Of a DNA stretch of 64,000 nucleotides, positions 1-7,087 are shown one piece after another. The stretch covers positions 12,488 through 76,487 of the forward strand of contig CALQYT010000001.1 of the NCBI GenBank assembly GCA_943348815.1. The letters run 5' to 3'. How positions within the stretch are numbered: the stretch's first letter is position 1; each line of letters starts with the position of its first letter. The notes under the pieces are model-generated. The model made no database searches, was not told where the DNA came from, and was given only the letters and a program-made list of their open reading frames with translations. Source of the stretch: Candidatus Nomurabacteria bacterium. GTDB taxonomy: Bacteria > Patescibacteriota > Minisyncoccia > Phycocordibacterales > SBAW01. Made by a program: the position numbers and the translations under genes.

Positions 1-577
1 CTTGCGTGTCAGACCGCACGTTGCGCTTGGCCGAACCAGGGCCAAAGTTATCCTCGGCTATTTTGAGCGTGGTCACATTCGCCATGTATTTGTTGAGATC
101 TCCTTCGTTGAGATCTTTAACCAGCACATCGAACTCGGCCCGCGCCTTTTCAAAGTCGTACCTGCTGCCTCCTCTTTCTTTGCCTTTCGTGGCTTGAGAT
201 AACCGTTCCGCACGCACATCAAATGCATCGTTAAAGAATGAAGCTTCTTGTTGTGCCAACTCTAACTGGCCCGCTTCTGTTTTAGCATATTGCTTTTCTA
301 TACCCAGGTGTTTGGCATGACCGGTCTTGCGGCCAGGGAAACCCTTGTGTCTATACTCCATTTGGTCAGGACGTATAGACTCACGAAAAATTTTAAACGC
401 TTTTACTGCCGCACCAATAAGGCCCGGTTCACCCGACTGGTTGGCCTTTACCCAACGATCCCGGATAGCTCGGTATTCTTCCAGTTTGGCTTTTAGATCG
501 GGACTTATATCAGACTTGTGAGCTCGTTGATGCTCGTCTTTCGAATAAGCACCCGTAAATTCAGGACGGAAATTCAT
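1..577 (-). CDS. hypothetical protein, partial (3' end lies beyond the window start)
   Basis: Reverse-strand frame is open from an ATG at 577..575 (MNFRPEFTGAYSKDEHQRAH...) through position 1 with no stop. It is absent from the ORF track, which appears to list only ORFs with an in-window stop. Confidence 0.5.
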   Translation of the reverse strand, partial: MNFRPEFTGAYSKDEHQRAHKSDISPDLKAKLEEYRAIRDRWVKANQSGEPGLIGAAVKAFKIFRESIRPDQMEYRHKGFPGRKTGHAKHLGIEKQYAKTEAGQLELAQQEASFFNDAFDVRAERLSQATKGKERGGSRYDFEKARAEFDVLVKDLNEGDLNKYMANVTTLKIAEDNFGPGSAKRNVRSDTQ

Positions 578-761
578 GTAAAAAATGATTAACTACTATG
601 AGCCAATTGTTGCAACTCCCCTCCAAATTGCAAGGCAACACAAAGGACAACCAAAATACGCCTCTATACCAATACTTTTGCGCCCCAGTTCGTGGGAAAC
701 CTCGAACCCGGGTGTCCACATGTCGCAGGAAACTCTGAGATACCCGGTGTAGTATTTCGGT

Positions 762-1493
762 ATGACAAAAAACTTGGGAAATGCGGGACCCTCTAGACGC
801 AACTTCCTACAAGGACTCGGGGCAGCGGCAGCGATCGTGACAGCTGGTGAATTACTAACCAATTCCGCGGAAGCACAGGAAGCTATTGAATCGCAAGAAA
901 ATAAAATTCCTTCAGTGCAGGAAATTGATACTATGACCCGAGAAACTCTTTCCACCCTGCGAAAGCAGGACAAGAGTATATGGGTTGAAAACGCGAGCGA
1001 CGAGCTTAGGAAGCGGATATTTGGCGGAAGCGACGTATCGGCAGGTATCCTGGCTTATTCCGATGGGACATCTGGTCAGGATATTTACACTCTGCTGAAT
1101 CGACGGAGGAACCAGGCGACATCACTACCCACGTCTGATCTCGTACACCAGATGGTTGAAAAACTTGATAGTGAACTCAAAAATGCCGAGACGTTGAAAA
1201 ACGACGCCCTGCAGTTACACAACACTTATCTAGTAGAGAGCCGGACGTTCTTCCGAAAAGTCGATTCTGCACTTGACCTGGAACTCAGAGCACAAAAACT
1301 TAAGGAGCAGGCTGCAAAGCTTAAGAATATTCCCGGCCTAAATGCAGATACTCTGCAAGGGCAAGGTGAGCCCGAACGTATCGATACTCTCCCAGCGTCT
1401 GAGCAAGTACGCGAAGCTGCACTTGCACTTGCTCGTGCGAATGACAAGTTACTCGAATTGCGGACCAAGTATTTACGGGACGAGCAGAGGTAG
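762..1493 (+). CDS. secreted coiled-coil protein with twin-arginine (Tat) signal peptide
   Basis: N-terminus MTKNLGNAGPSRRNFLQGLGAAAAIVTAG carries an SRRxFLx motif followed by a hydrophobic stretch. The remainder is charged and coiled-coil-like. Confidence 0.6.
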   Translation: MTKNLGNAGPSRRNFLQGLGAAAAIVTAGELLTNSAEAQEAIESQENKIPSVQEIDTMTRETLSTLRKQDKSIWVENASDELRKRIFGGSDVSAGILAYSDGTSGQDIYTLLNRRRNQATSLPTSDLVHQMVEKLDSELKNAETLKNDALQLHNTYLVESRTFFRKVDSALDLELRAQKLKEQAAKLKNIPGLNADTLQGQGEPERIDTLPASEQVREAALALARANDKLLELRTKYLRDEQR

Positions 1494-1520
1494 CTAAAAA
1501 TGCATTTTCCCCGAAACTTG

Positions 1521-1566
1521 TCCCTTCGGTAGGAATCGAACCTGCATCAACGGCTTAGAAGTCCGC
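1521..1566 (-). pseudogene. tRNA 3'-half fragment (anticodon arm + T-arm + 3' acceptor strand) with Arg-TCT-like anticodon loop
   Basis: Minus-strand read GCGGA-CTTCTAA-GCCGT-TGAT-GCAGG-TTCGATT-CCTAC-CGAAGGG-A has a T-loop GTTCGATTC and the same anticodon loop as the intact tRNA downstream. No complementary 5' acceptor strand or D-arm can be found upstream. Confidence 0.35.
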
Positions 1567-1577
1567 CACTACCCAAG

Positions 1578-1621
1578 CCGACGCTTCGGTCGGTTCCCCG
1601 ACCCGCTTTGCGGCGTCGGGG
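1578..1621. repeat. two adjacent GC-rich palindromic hairpin repeats (CCGAC-GCTTCG-GTCGG and CCCCGAC-CCGCTTTGCGGC-GTCGGGG)
   Basis: Perfect 5-bp and 7-bp stems read directly from the sequence. The same CCCCGAC...GTCGGGG motif recurs at 1998..2021, 10446..10482 and 13835..13854. Confidence 0.6.
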
Positions 1622-1638
1622 TTGAACTATTCTCTCCA

Positions 1639-1710
1639 TGCCCCCGCGAGGAGTCGAACCTCGAATAGCGGCTTAGAAGTCCGCAGTTATATCCGTTTAA
1701 CTACAGGGGC
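1639..1710 (-). tRNA. tRNA-Arg (anticodon TCT)
   Basis: 72-nt cloverleaf on the minus strand. Acceptor stem GCCCCTG pairs with CGGGGGC; D-arm GTTA/AACGGATA/TAAC; anticodon stem GCGGA/GCCGC with loop CTTCTAA; T-arm CGAGG-TTCGACT-CCTCG; discriminator A. CCA is not encoded. Confidence 0.85.
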
Positions 1711-1971
1711 TTATGGTTCAAGTCTAATGTATCCTTCTTTTATCATTTTCTCAATGTAGTCTTTCCGTTTAAGTCTCTTTATTTTACGTTCAACCGAACG
1801 TGCTTCTTTAAGAGTTTTATACTCTTGACTTAATAAAAGTTTCTTCACACCAAAATTTGCCGTGGTGTAGGTGTGTCCGAGCTCATGTTGTCTAAGACGT
1901 TTCTTAAGATCATGAGTACTGCCTATGTAATATCTCCCTACATTGGTTTCCAAAATGTATACCCAAGCCAT
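1711..1971 (-). CDS. GIY-YIG domain nuclease family protein (YhbQ/UPF0213-like, 86 aa)
   Basis: MAWVYILETNVGRYYIGSTHDLKKRLRQH is a GIY-YIG signature. Start is at the internal ATG at 1971..1969. The TAA stop at 1713..1711 directly abuts the tRNA +1 nucleotide at 1710. Confidence 0.8.
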   Translation of the reverse strand: MAWVYILETNVGRYYIGSTHDLKKRLRQHELGHTYTTANFGVKKLLLSQEYKTLKEARSVERKIKRLKRKDYIEKMIKEGYIRLEP

Positions 1972-1997
1972 AAATACTGAGAGGAGTTGGGTGCAAG

Positions 1998-2021
1998 CCC
2001 CGACGCACAAAGTGGTCGGGG
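1998..2021. repeat. palindromic hairpin repeat CCCCGAC-GCACAAAGTG-GTCGGGG
   Basis: 7-bp perfect stem. Lies immediately upstream of the GIY-YIG start codon. Confidence 0.55.
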
Positions 2022-2036
2022 AGCCGACTCGCCCAA

Positions 2037-2651
2037 CTAGAATAGTTGGGGCAGAACGTCGGCTCGCACCATAGCATATATGATAGCAAGCACCAGCACG
2101 AAGATGCTCACCCACAAGAAATAGCGCTTGATAAACACCAGCGCCTCGGCGCCAAAGCGGTGCGTAAGGTAGACAAAGAGCGCCATGCGGATGCCGCGGC
2201 CAAGCACATAGCCCAAAAAGTATGGCACAAAGTGTACGCCCAAAAATCCGCCGGCATAAATAAATACTTTGTCCGGTATTGGCGTAAACGACGCAACCGC
2301 CATCGCCAAAAATACGTGGCCCATAATATAGTGCCGCGCCATGCGGAAAGCTCCCTGCAGGTTATAAAACGCCAAAATCGGCTCGCCGAATTGTTTAAAC
2401 AAAAATGCGGCGACAAAGTAGCCGGTTGCTGCACCCAATGCGGAGCAAGTGATGGCGACGGCGAGGTAAGAGCGGGCGCGCTCTTTGTGCGCGAGCGTAA
2501 GGGCTACCAAAAATATCTCCGGCGCCACGGGGAAAAAGAGTGCATCGGTAAACGAAATGAGCCCGAGCCACCAGAGTGCATGGGGCCGTTGTGCCTGTAG
2601 CACAAACCACGCCCACCATCGCTCTTGCCAGAGCTTGAAGTAATTCTCCAT
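2037..2651 (-). CDS. YqaA/DedA-family (VTT domain) membrane protein
   Basis: Polytopic membrane protein. The motif ...VFLAMAVASFTPIPDKVFIYAGG... is typical of the YqaA/DedA family. Confidence 0.6.
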   Translation of the reverse strand: MENYFKLWQERWWAWFVLQAQRPHALWWLGLISFTDALFFPVAPEIFLVALTLAHKERARSYLAVAITCSALGAATGYFVAAFLFKQFGEPILAFYNLQGAFRMARHYIMGHVFLAMAVASFTPIPDKVFIYAGGFLGVHFVPYFLGYVLGRGIRMALFVYLTHRFGAEALVFIKRYFLWVSIFVLVLAIIYAMVRADVLPQLF

Positions 2652-2658
2652 ATCTTAT

Positions 2659-2988
2659 TTAACGCACGCGCGAGCCGGGGGTTGCGGCCGGGGCCTCCAA
2701 AATTGCAAACGGCGTTTCGCCATCTCCCCCAACTGCCAAGATCATTGCTTGGCTCTCAAGACCCATAATCGAGCGGGGCTCGAGGTTGGTCGCAAAGGCA
2801 AACTTTTTGCCGACTATTTCTTCTAATTTTACAAATTTGGCGATGCCGGAGATAACTTGTCTTTCTTCCGTACCAAAACTGACACGCAGCTTGAGCAACT
2901 TCTCCGAGCCCTCAACCGGCTCGGCCGCAAGTATCTCCCCTACTTGCATTTCGGCTTTTTTAAATTCGTCGATAGTGATATTAGTCAT
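2659..2988 (-). CDS. csaA: tRNA-binding protein CsaA/Trbp111 (EMAP/Myf domain)
   Basis: MTNITIDEFKKAEMQVGEILAAEPVEGSEKLLKLRVSFGTEERQVISGIAKFV...AFATNLEPRSIMGLESQAMILAVG matches the tRNA-binding OB-fold family. Start is at the internal ATG at 2988. Confidence 0.75.
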   Translation of the reverse strand: MTNITIDEFKKAEMQVGEILAAEPVEGSEKLLKLRVSFGTEERQVISGIAKFVKLEEIVGKKFAFATNLEPRSIMGLESQAMILAVGGDGETPFAILEAPAATPGSRVR

Positions 2989-3514
2989 TGCGTTTTTGAA
3001 GTGCCTCGCGTGCATCAAGGATAGTAGCACGTACCAACTCCGGATCGGGCACTTGTTTAAACGTTATCTTTTCATGCGCGCCGGCGGTCTCGACCGCAAC
3101 ATCACCAAAGTTAAAGAAAGTTGGGATAAGACCGTTGAGTGTGGTTGTCACATCCTCTACTCGCTCGACCGGTGCCTCAACCACCGTGTGAGCAAAAAAG
3201 CCCTGCTGCTGGCTGTCGAGTACGCGGTGGTTAGTAACTATCCAGTAATCAAGCGCGTAGAGCGTGAGTTGATAAAACAACAGGTGCCAGCCGGCAATAA
3301 CCAAGAGCAAAATCCCCAAGCCCACCACGCGTGCTAACCCTGACGCGACGATGTCGGGGTAAAAGAAAATAATCACCGCTGCCACCACTATCACAAAGAA
3401 CAGAAGTTGCAATCCTATCCCCACAAATACCCACCAGTGCCGGCGCAGCAACAAAAGTACGTGTTCTTCTGACCGTTGGCCCTCAAAACTATTTCTTGAT
3501 TTAAAAAGTGACAT
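2981..3514 (-). CDS. membrane protein with bacterial PH (bPH_2/YdbT-like) domain
   Basis: Two N-terminal TM helices followed by ...YWIVTNHRVL..., typical of the bPH_2 family. Start at the ATG at 3514 (MSLFKSR); 8-bp overlap with csaA. Confidence 0.5.
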   Translation of the reverse strand: MSLFKSRNSFEGQRSEEHVLLLLRRHWWVFVGIGLQLLFFVIVVAAVIIFFYPDIVASGLARVVGLGILLLVIAGWHLLFYQLTLYALDYWIVTNHRVLDSQQQGFFAHTVVEAPVERVEDVTTTLNGLIPTFFNFGDVAVETAGAHEKITFKQVPDPELVRATILDAREALQKRND

Positions 3515-3515
3515 A

Positions 3516-3725
3516 TTACAGGGGGAGCACCGCGCTAAAATCAACGGCTAAAAAAAATATGCCAAAGACCATCATCAACAGCACCGAGCCGGTGAGGTAT
3601 ACCGCCGCAAGCAGCTTGGGCAAACTCCCCACCCCAAAGCGGATGAGGTGGTAGAGCGCCACAAACATAAAAATAGCCTGTGCGAGCAGGAGAACCAGGA
3701 GTATCAGGGGCGGAAGGTAGGCCAT
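3516..3725 (-). CDS. small membrane protein (69 aa, two TM helices)
   Basis: Start at internal ATG 3725 (MAYLPPLILLVLLL...). Hydrophobic throughout and tightly packed against neighbouring genes. Confidence 0.4.
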   Translation of the reverse strand: MAYLPPLILLVLLLAQAIFMFVALYHLIRFGVGSLPKLLAAVYLTGSVLLMMVFGIFFLAVDFSAVLPL

Positions 3726-3735
3726 GAGGGTTATT

Positions 3736-4152
3736 TTACACGCCCTGGGCCCTATCGAGATAGCTCTGGAGTATGAGCGCCGCGGCCGAGGCGTCGAGGT
3801 TATCGTGCGCCGGGTTTTGCTTGCGCGAATTTTCTTCGGGCGCAAATTGTCGCGCCGCGAGCGCGGAGGTAAAAAACTCACGTTCGTACTCTACGGGGAG
3901 GCCCGCAAGATCGCCCAAATCTTTTTTAAATTGCTGGATGTCTTCTTGCACCGGATTATCTTCGCCTTGCAAGCCGCGCGACTCGCCTAAAATTACTTTT
4001 TCTACCTCCTCTTTTTTTATCAGTTCGACTATGGCCGAAAGTGCTTCCCTATCGGCGGCAATCACCGTGCGGGGGAAAGCAATTTTGCCATCCTGGTCAG
4101 ACACGGCAATGCCAATCTTTTTCGTCCCGTAATCTATCCCTAAATACCGCAT
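3736..4152 (-). CDS. ruvX: Holliday-junction resolvase-like protein RuvX/YqgF
   Basis: MRYLGIDYGTKKIGIAVSD... is a RuvX signature. Start at ATG 4152..4150. Confidence 0.85.
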   Translation of the reverse strand: MRYLGIDYGTKKIGIAVSDQDGKIAFPRTVIAADREALSAIVELIKKEEVEKVILGESRGLQGEDNPVQEDIQQFKKDLGDLAGLPVEYEREFFTSALAARQFAPEENSRKQNPAHDNLDASAAALILQSYLDRAQGV

Positions 4153-4240
4153 TGGTGTAGCATAGCAAACATTGGAGGGGTGGCAGACCACCGCCTACGG
4201 CGGGGCCTCGCCAAAGGCGATGGGTGGTCTACAAAACAAG

Positions 4241-4522
4241 ATGTACTTTGCATACATTCTACAGAGCAAAACCAGTGGCCGATATTATATAGGATCTACT
4301 CAAGATCTAGAGAACCGGCTGAAACAACACAATCGTGGTTCAAATAAATCCACACGCCCCTACCGCCCCTGGCAGCTCGTATACTCTGAATCTTTCCCGG
4401 ACAAAAAATCAGCATGGTTGCGCGAACAACAGATAAAAAGATATAAAGGCGGAGAAGCGTTCCACCGCTTGCTTCGGGATCCCGTCGAAGGCGGTGATAA
4501 AAAGCTTATAATAAACGCGTAA
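4241..4522 (+). CDS. GIY-YIG domain nuclease family protein (94 aa)
   Basis: MYFAYILQSKTSGRYYIGSTQDLENRLKQHN is a GIY-YIG signature. The TAA stop at 4520..4522 directly abuts tRNA-Ser +1 at 4523. Confidence 0.8.
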   Translation: MYFAYILQSKTSGRYYIGSTQDLENRLKQHNRGSNKSTRPYRPWQLVYSESFPDKKSAWLREQQIKRYKGGEAFHRLLRDPVEGGDKKLIINA

Positions 4523-4610
4523 GGAGGGATGGCAGAGTGGTCTATCGCACCGCACTTGAAATGCGGCGTACCGCAAGGTACCGGAGGTTCGAATCCTCCT
4601 CCCTCCGCCA
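4523..4610 (+). tRNA. tRNA-Ser (anticodon TGA), CCA encoded
   Basis: Acceptor stem GGAGGGA pairs with TCCCTCC. Anticodon stem CCGCA/TGCGG with loop CTTGAAA. Long variable arm CGTACCGCAAGGTAC is class II. T-arm CGGAG-GTTCGAATC-CTCCT; discriminator G followed by CCA. Confidence 0.9.
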
Positions 4611-6104
4611 AAATTCGGAATTCAAATTTCCGCCAAAAATATGGTCGGCGCGAAGCGCCGTCTGTTCTGCATTCCCCCCACAAAATCCTGATTCTGCAAG
4701 GATTCGCCACGCTCCGCGTGGCTCAAAAAAGACGGTTCGATCCTTAATTTGAAAGTTCGAACCGACTTTTTTGTACAAATGAATTTTTTCTTCATTTGTA
4801 CACTCGTTTGCCAATTCCACATTGAATTTCAAAAACTTTTCCGTAAGTTCGAACCGATTATTCGCTTTTTGCTCAAAAGCCGATAATTTCTCTTTGAGAA
4901 GCTGTTTTTGATTAACCAACGCACTTTTAGCGTCCCGATATTCCTCTAGTGAAAGTGCGTTCTCTAGGTAAGCGTTCATCAGCTTCTCAATCTTGGAATC
5001 CAAAAGAGAAATGTCTGCTTTTGTTTTGTCTGCAAAAAGCGTAGACGATTGGGCTTCCACCAATTTGTCTTTTTCGTTTTCCGCCAACATCCATTTAGCC
5101 CAATCGTCTGGCAAAGAAACTTTTTTGATTTCTTTTTGAATTTCGGAAGTGATGATTTCCTCACGAGTATATTTTTGTGAACAAGGATTTTTCCGCTTGG
5201 TACATCGTAAATAGTTATGACCTTTTTGTGTTTCGGTGGTAATAAAACATCCACATTCTCCACAACGGAAAAATCCTCTATACAAAAATGGTTTCAGTCC
5301 TTTCGGGTGAGGTTTAGATTTCCTCATCATCACTTCTTGAACAGAATCAAAAAGTTTCTTTGAAATAATCGGTTCGTGTTTGCCTTCGTGGATTTCACCG
5401 TTATACAACATTAAACCTGTGTATATCGGATTTTTCAAAAGTTTTTGATAATTCGACACCGCAAGTTCCTTTCCGCTTTTTCGTTTCAATCCAAGTTCGT
5501 TAAATTTGTCACGGAGCTGTCTCAAAGTGAAAGACCCAGACGAATATGCCTCAAATGTTTTCTTGATTAAAGGTGCGATACTTTCATCAACGACAATTTT
5601 CCCGCCCTCGTTTATATATCCGAGTGGAGACATTTGAGGCCATATACCGTCTTTCACTTTGTTTCTTTTTCCACGCTTGATATTCTCCGACAAATTGTCC
5701 ACATAATACTTGGATTGCGAAAAAGCGATTGAGAGCATGAATTTGCCTTGCGGTGTCGGATCACACCAGAAAGTTGGAAATTTTAGCTCGGCAATTTTTC
5801 CCGTATCGAGCAAATATATTATCTTTCCACCATCAACACTATTTCTCGCTAACCTATCGGGATGCCACGCTAAAATTCCGCTTGCCTCATTTTGCTCGAT
5901 ACGAAGAAGCATTTCATTAAATACTGGCCGACCCGGAACTTTAGCAGTTTGTTTTTCAACGAAGATATCTACAACTTCAATATTCTCTTTGAGGGCGAGA
6001 GATTTTAATTCGGCCAGTTGGTCTGAAATGCTTCTAACTTGCCGATCTTCAGTATCGGTAGATTTTCTTGTATATATGAAAAACTTTCTGGTGTGATTAT
6101 TCAT
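4542..6104 (-). CDS. large serine recombinase (resolvase/integrase family) with zinc-ribbon domain
   Basis: N-terminal FFIYTRKSTDTEDRQ...SISDQ is a serine-recombinase catalytic motif. Followed by a recombinase domain, a CGECGC...C zinc ribbon and a coiled-coil. The reading frame has no stop before running through IR-A into the tRNA, so the true C-terminus is uncertain. Confidence 0.85.
   Translation of the reverse strand: MNNHTRKFFIYTRKSTDTEDRQVRSISDQLAELKSLALKENIEVVDIFVEKQTAKVPGRPVFNEMLLRIEQNEASGILAWHPDRLARNSVDGGKIIYLLDTGKIAELKFPTFWCDPTPQGKFMLSIAFSQSKYYVDNLSENIKRGKRNKVKDGIWPQMSPLGYINEGGKIVVDESIAPLIKKTFEAYSSGSFTLRQLRDKFNELGLKRKSGKELAVSNYQKLLKNPIYTGLMLYNGEIHEGKHEPIISKKLFDSVQEVMMRKSKPHPKGLKPFLYRGFFRCGECGCFITTETQKGHNYLRCTKRKNPCSQKYTREEIITSEIQKEIKKVSLPDDWAKWMLAENEKDKLVEAQSSTLFADKTKADISLLDSKIEKLMNAYLENALSLEEYRDAKSALVNQKQLLKEKLSAFEQKANNRFELTEKFLKFNVELANECTNEEKIHLYKKVGSNFQIKDRTVFFEPRGAWRILAESGFCGGNAEQTALRADHIFGGNLNSEFWRREEDSNLRYLAVRRISSAVR
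4605..4724. repeat. inverted repeat A (120 bp, perfect partner at 6126..6245)
   Basis: The reverse complement of 4605..4724 is identical to 6126..6245 by hand alignment. Its first 6 nt (CCGCCA) are the 3' end of tRNA-Ser. Confidence 0.85.
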
Positions 6105-6125
6105 AGAATTGTATTGGCAAACGAG

Positions 6126-6245
6126 GAGCCACGCGGAGCGTGGCGAATCCTTGCAGAATCAGGATTTTGTGGGGGGAATGCAGAACAGACGGCGCTTCGC
6201 GCCGACCATATTTTTGGCGGAAATTTGAATTCCGAATTTTGGCGG
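6126..6245. repeat. inverted repeat B (partner of A)
   Basis: Identical to the reverse complement of 4605..4724. Confidence 0.85.
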
Positions 6246-6429
6246 TGTTTGTTGGACAAAGTTCGAAACTATTTCGAGCAGAATCCAAATGATTAAAGCG
6301 GACTCGGCAGGGCGAAACAATTTGTCTGGGGGAAAGGATTCGCCCTGCCTCGGCTGATTTCCCGCCCGCAGGAAGGGTCTGGGGAGGAATGCGGGCGGGT
6401 TTCGGATTCGCCAAATTCTTTTTTCGCCA
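6241..6429. repeat. inverted repeat C (189 bp, partner at 8252..8440, 1 mismatch)
   Basis: The reverse complement of 8252..8440 matches with a single A/G mismatch. It shares the GGCGG core with IR-B and contains internal hairpins such as CCCGCCCGCA...TGCGGGCGGG. Confidence 0.85.
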
Positions 6430-6503
6430 ATCAGAATTCATATATGGGATTATACCTCCATATTGAGGAGAAGCGCAATAGTTGATAACATGTTAATATA
6501 AAT

Positions 6504-6710
6504 ATGTCCCAAACTTCCAAAACATTAGGCAATAACATCAAACGCTTACGGCTTCGCCGTAAAATGTCGCAAGGCGACATTTGTCGAGCAATTAGCATGG
6601 ATAGGAGCTATATGAGCGCGATTGAGGGTGGTAAAGTAAATGTTACCTTAGTGGTTTTAGAAAAGCTCGCCAAAGCGCTTGATGTTTCAGTTGATGAGCT
6701 TTTGAAATAA
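6504..6710 (+). CDS. XRE-family helix-turn-helix transcriptional regulator (68 aa)
   Basis: LGNNIKRLRLRRKMSQGDICRAISMDRSYMSAIEGGKVNVTLVVLEKLAKAL is a canonical Cro/C1 HTH. Confidence 0.8.
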   Translation: MSQTSKTLGNNIKRLRLRRKMSQGDICRAISMDRSYMSAIEGGKVNVTLVVLEKLAKALDVSVDELLK

Positions 6711-6711
6711 T

Positions 6712-7083
6712 ATGGAAAAAAATTTAAAAACAATTATTTACGATTTAGAAACTTCCCTCCTAAAACCAGAGATTAGGTCGTCGACTAGTGATTTGGATTT
6801 GCTATTAGCCGACGATTTTAGAGAATTTGGAAGTTCGGGTGAAATTTATGACAAAAAACTTATACTTGAAAGGTTGCCAAAAGATACACAAACTTCACCT
6901 GTTGAGTTTTTGGTTTCTGATTTTCAAATTCAAGAGTTAGGTGAAAATATTGTTTTGGCAACCTTTAAGACAGACAAAACCTTGCCTGATAAAAGTCATG
7001 TTGGCGCTTTGAGAACTTCAATATGGAGAAAAAATAATAACAGTTGGCAAATGATTTTTCATCAAGGAACACCGACAAAATAA
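6712..7083 (+). CDS. NTF2-like/DUF4440-like domain protein
   Basis: LLADDFREFGSSGEIYDK...W...FHQGT pattern, recognised by memory only. AT-rich codon usage. Confidence 0.35.
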   Translation: MEKNLKTIIYDLETSLLKPEIRSSTSDLDLLLADDFREFGSSGEIYDKKLILERLPKDTQTSPVEFLVSDFQIQELGENIVLATFKTDKTLPDKSHVGALRTSIWRKNNNSWQMIFHQGTPTK

Positions 7084-7087
7084 TTCT

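Noticed and set aside
596-973. 125-aa minus-strand ORF overlapping the start of the Tat-signal gene
   Set aside because: It is antisense to a better-supported plus-strand gene with a clear signal peptide. It has no motif and a Cys-rich odd composition typical of antisense frames in GC-rich DNA.
1554-1562. Possible amber-suppressor (anticodon CTA) reading of the tRNA anticodon loop
   Set aside because: Shifting the loop register to TTCTAAG leaves no 5-bp anticodon stem. With the GCGGA/GCCGC stem the loop is CTTCTAA, giving anticodon TCT (Arg) with the canonical U33 and A37.
2046-2600. 184-aa plus-strand ORF (and 2108..2434 / 2395..2619 minus-strand ORFs) inside the yqaA-like gene
   Set aside because: These are His/Arg/Lys-rich antisense or alternate-frame translations of a membrane-protein gene. 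The YqaA-family reading on the minus strand explains the region.
4529-4752. Plus-strand ORFs 4529..4747 and 4537..4752 overlapping the tRNA-Ser 3' end and IR-A
   Set aside because: They lie within a tRNA and an inverted repeat, and the identical peptide appears on the opposite strand at 6097..6441. These are translation artefacts of the repeat.
6039-6441. ORFs 6039..6296 (+) and 6097..6441 (-) across IR-B/IR-C
   Set aside because: They are mirror copies of the recombinase tail and the IR-A ORFs created by the inverted repeats, with no independent support. Likewise 8324..8641 (-) and 8361..8648 (+) in IR-D.
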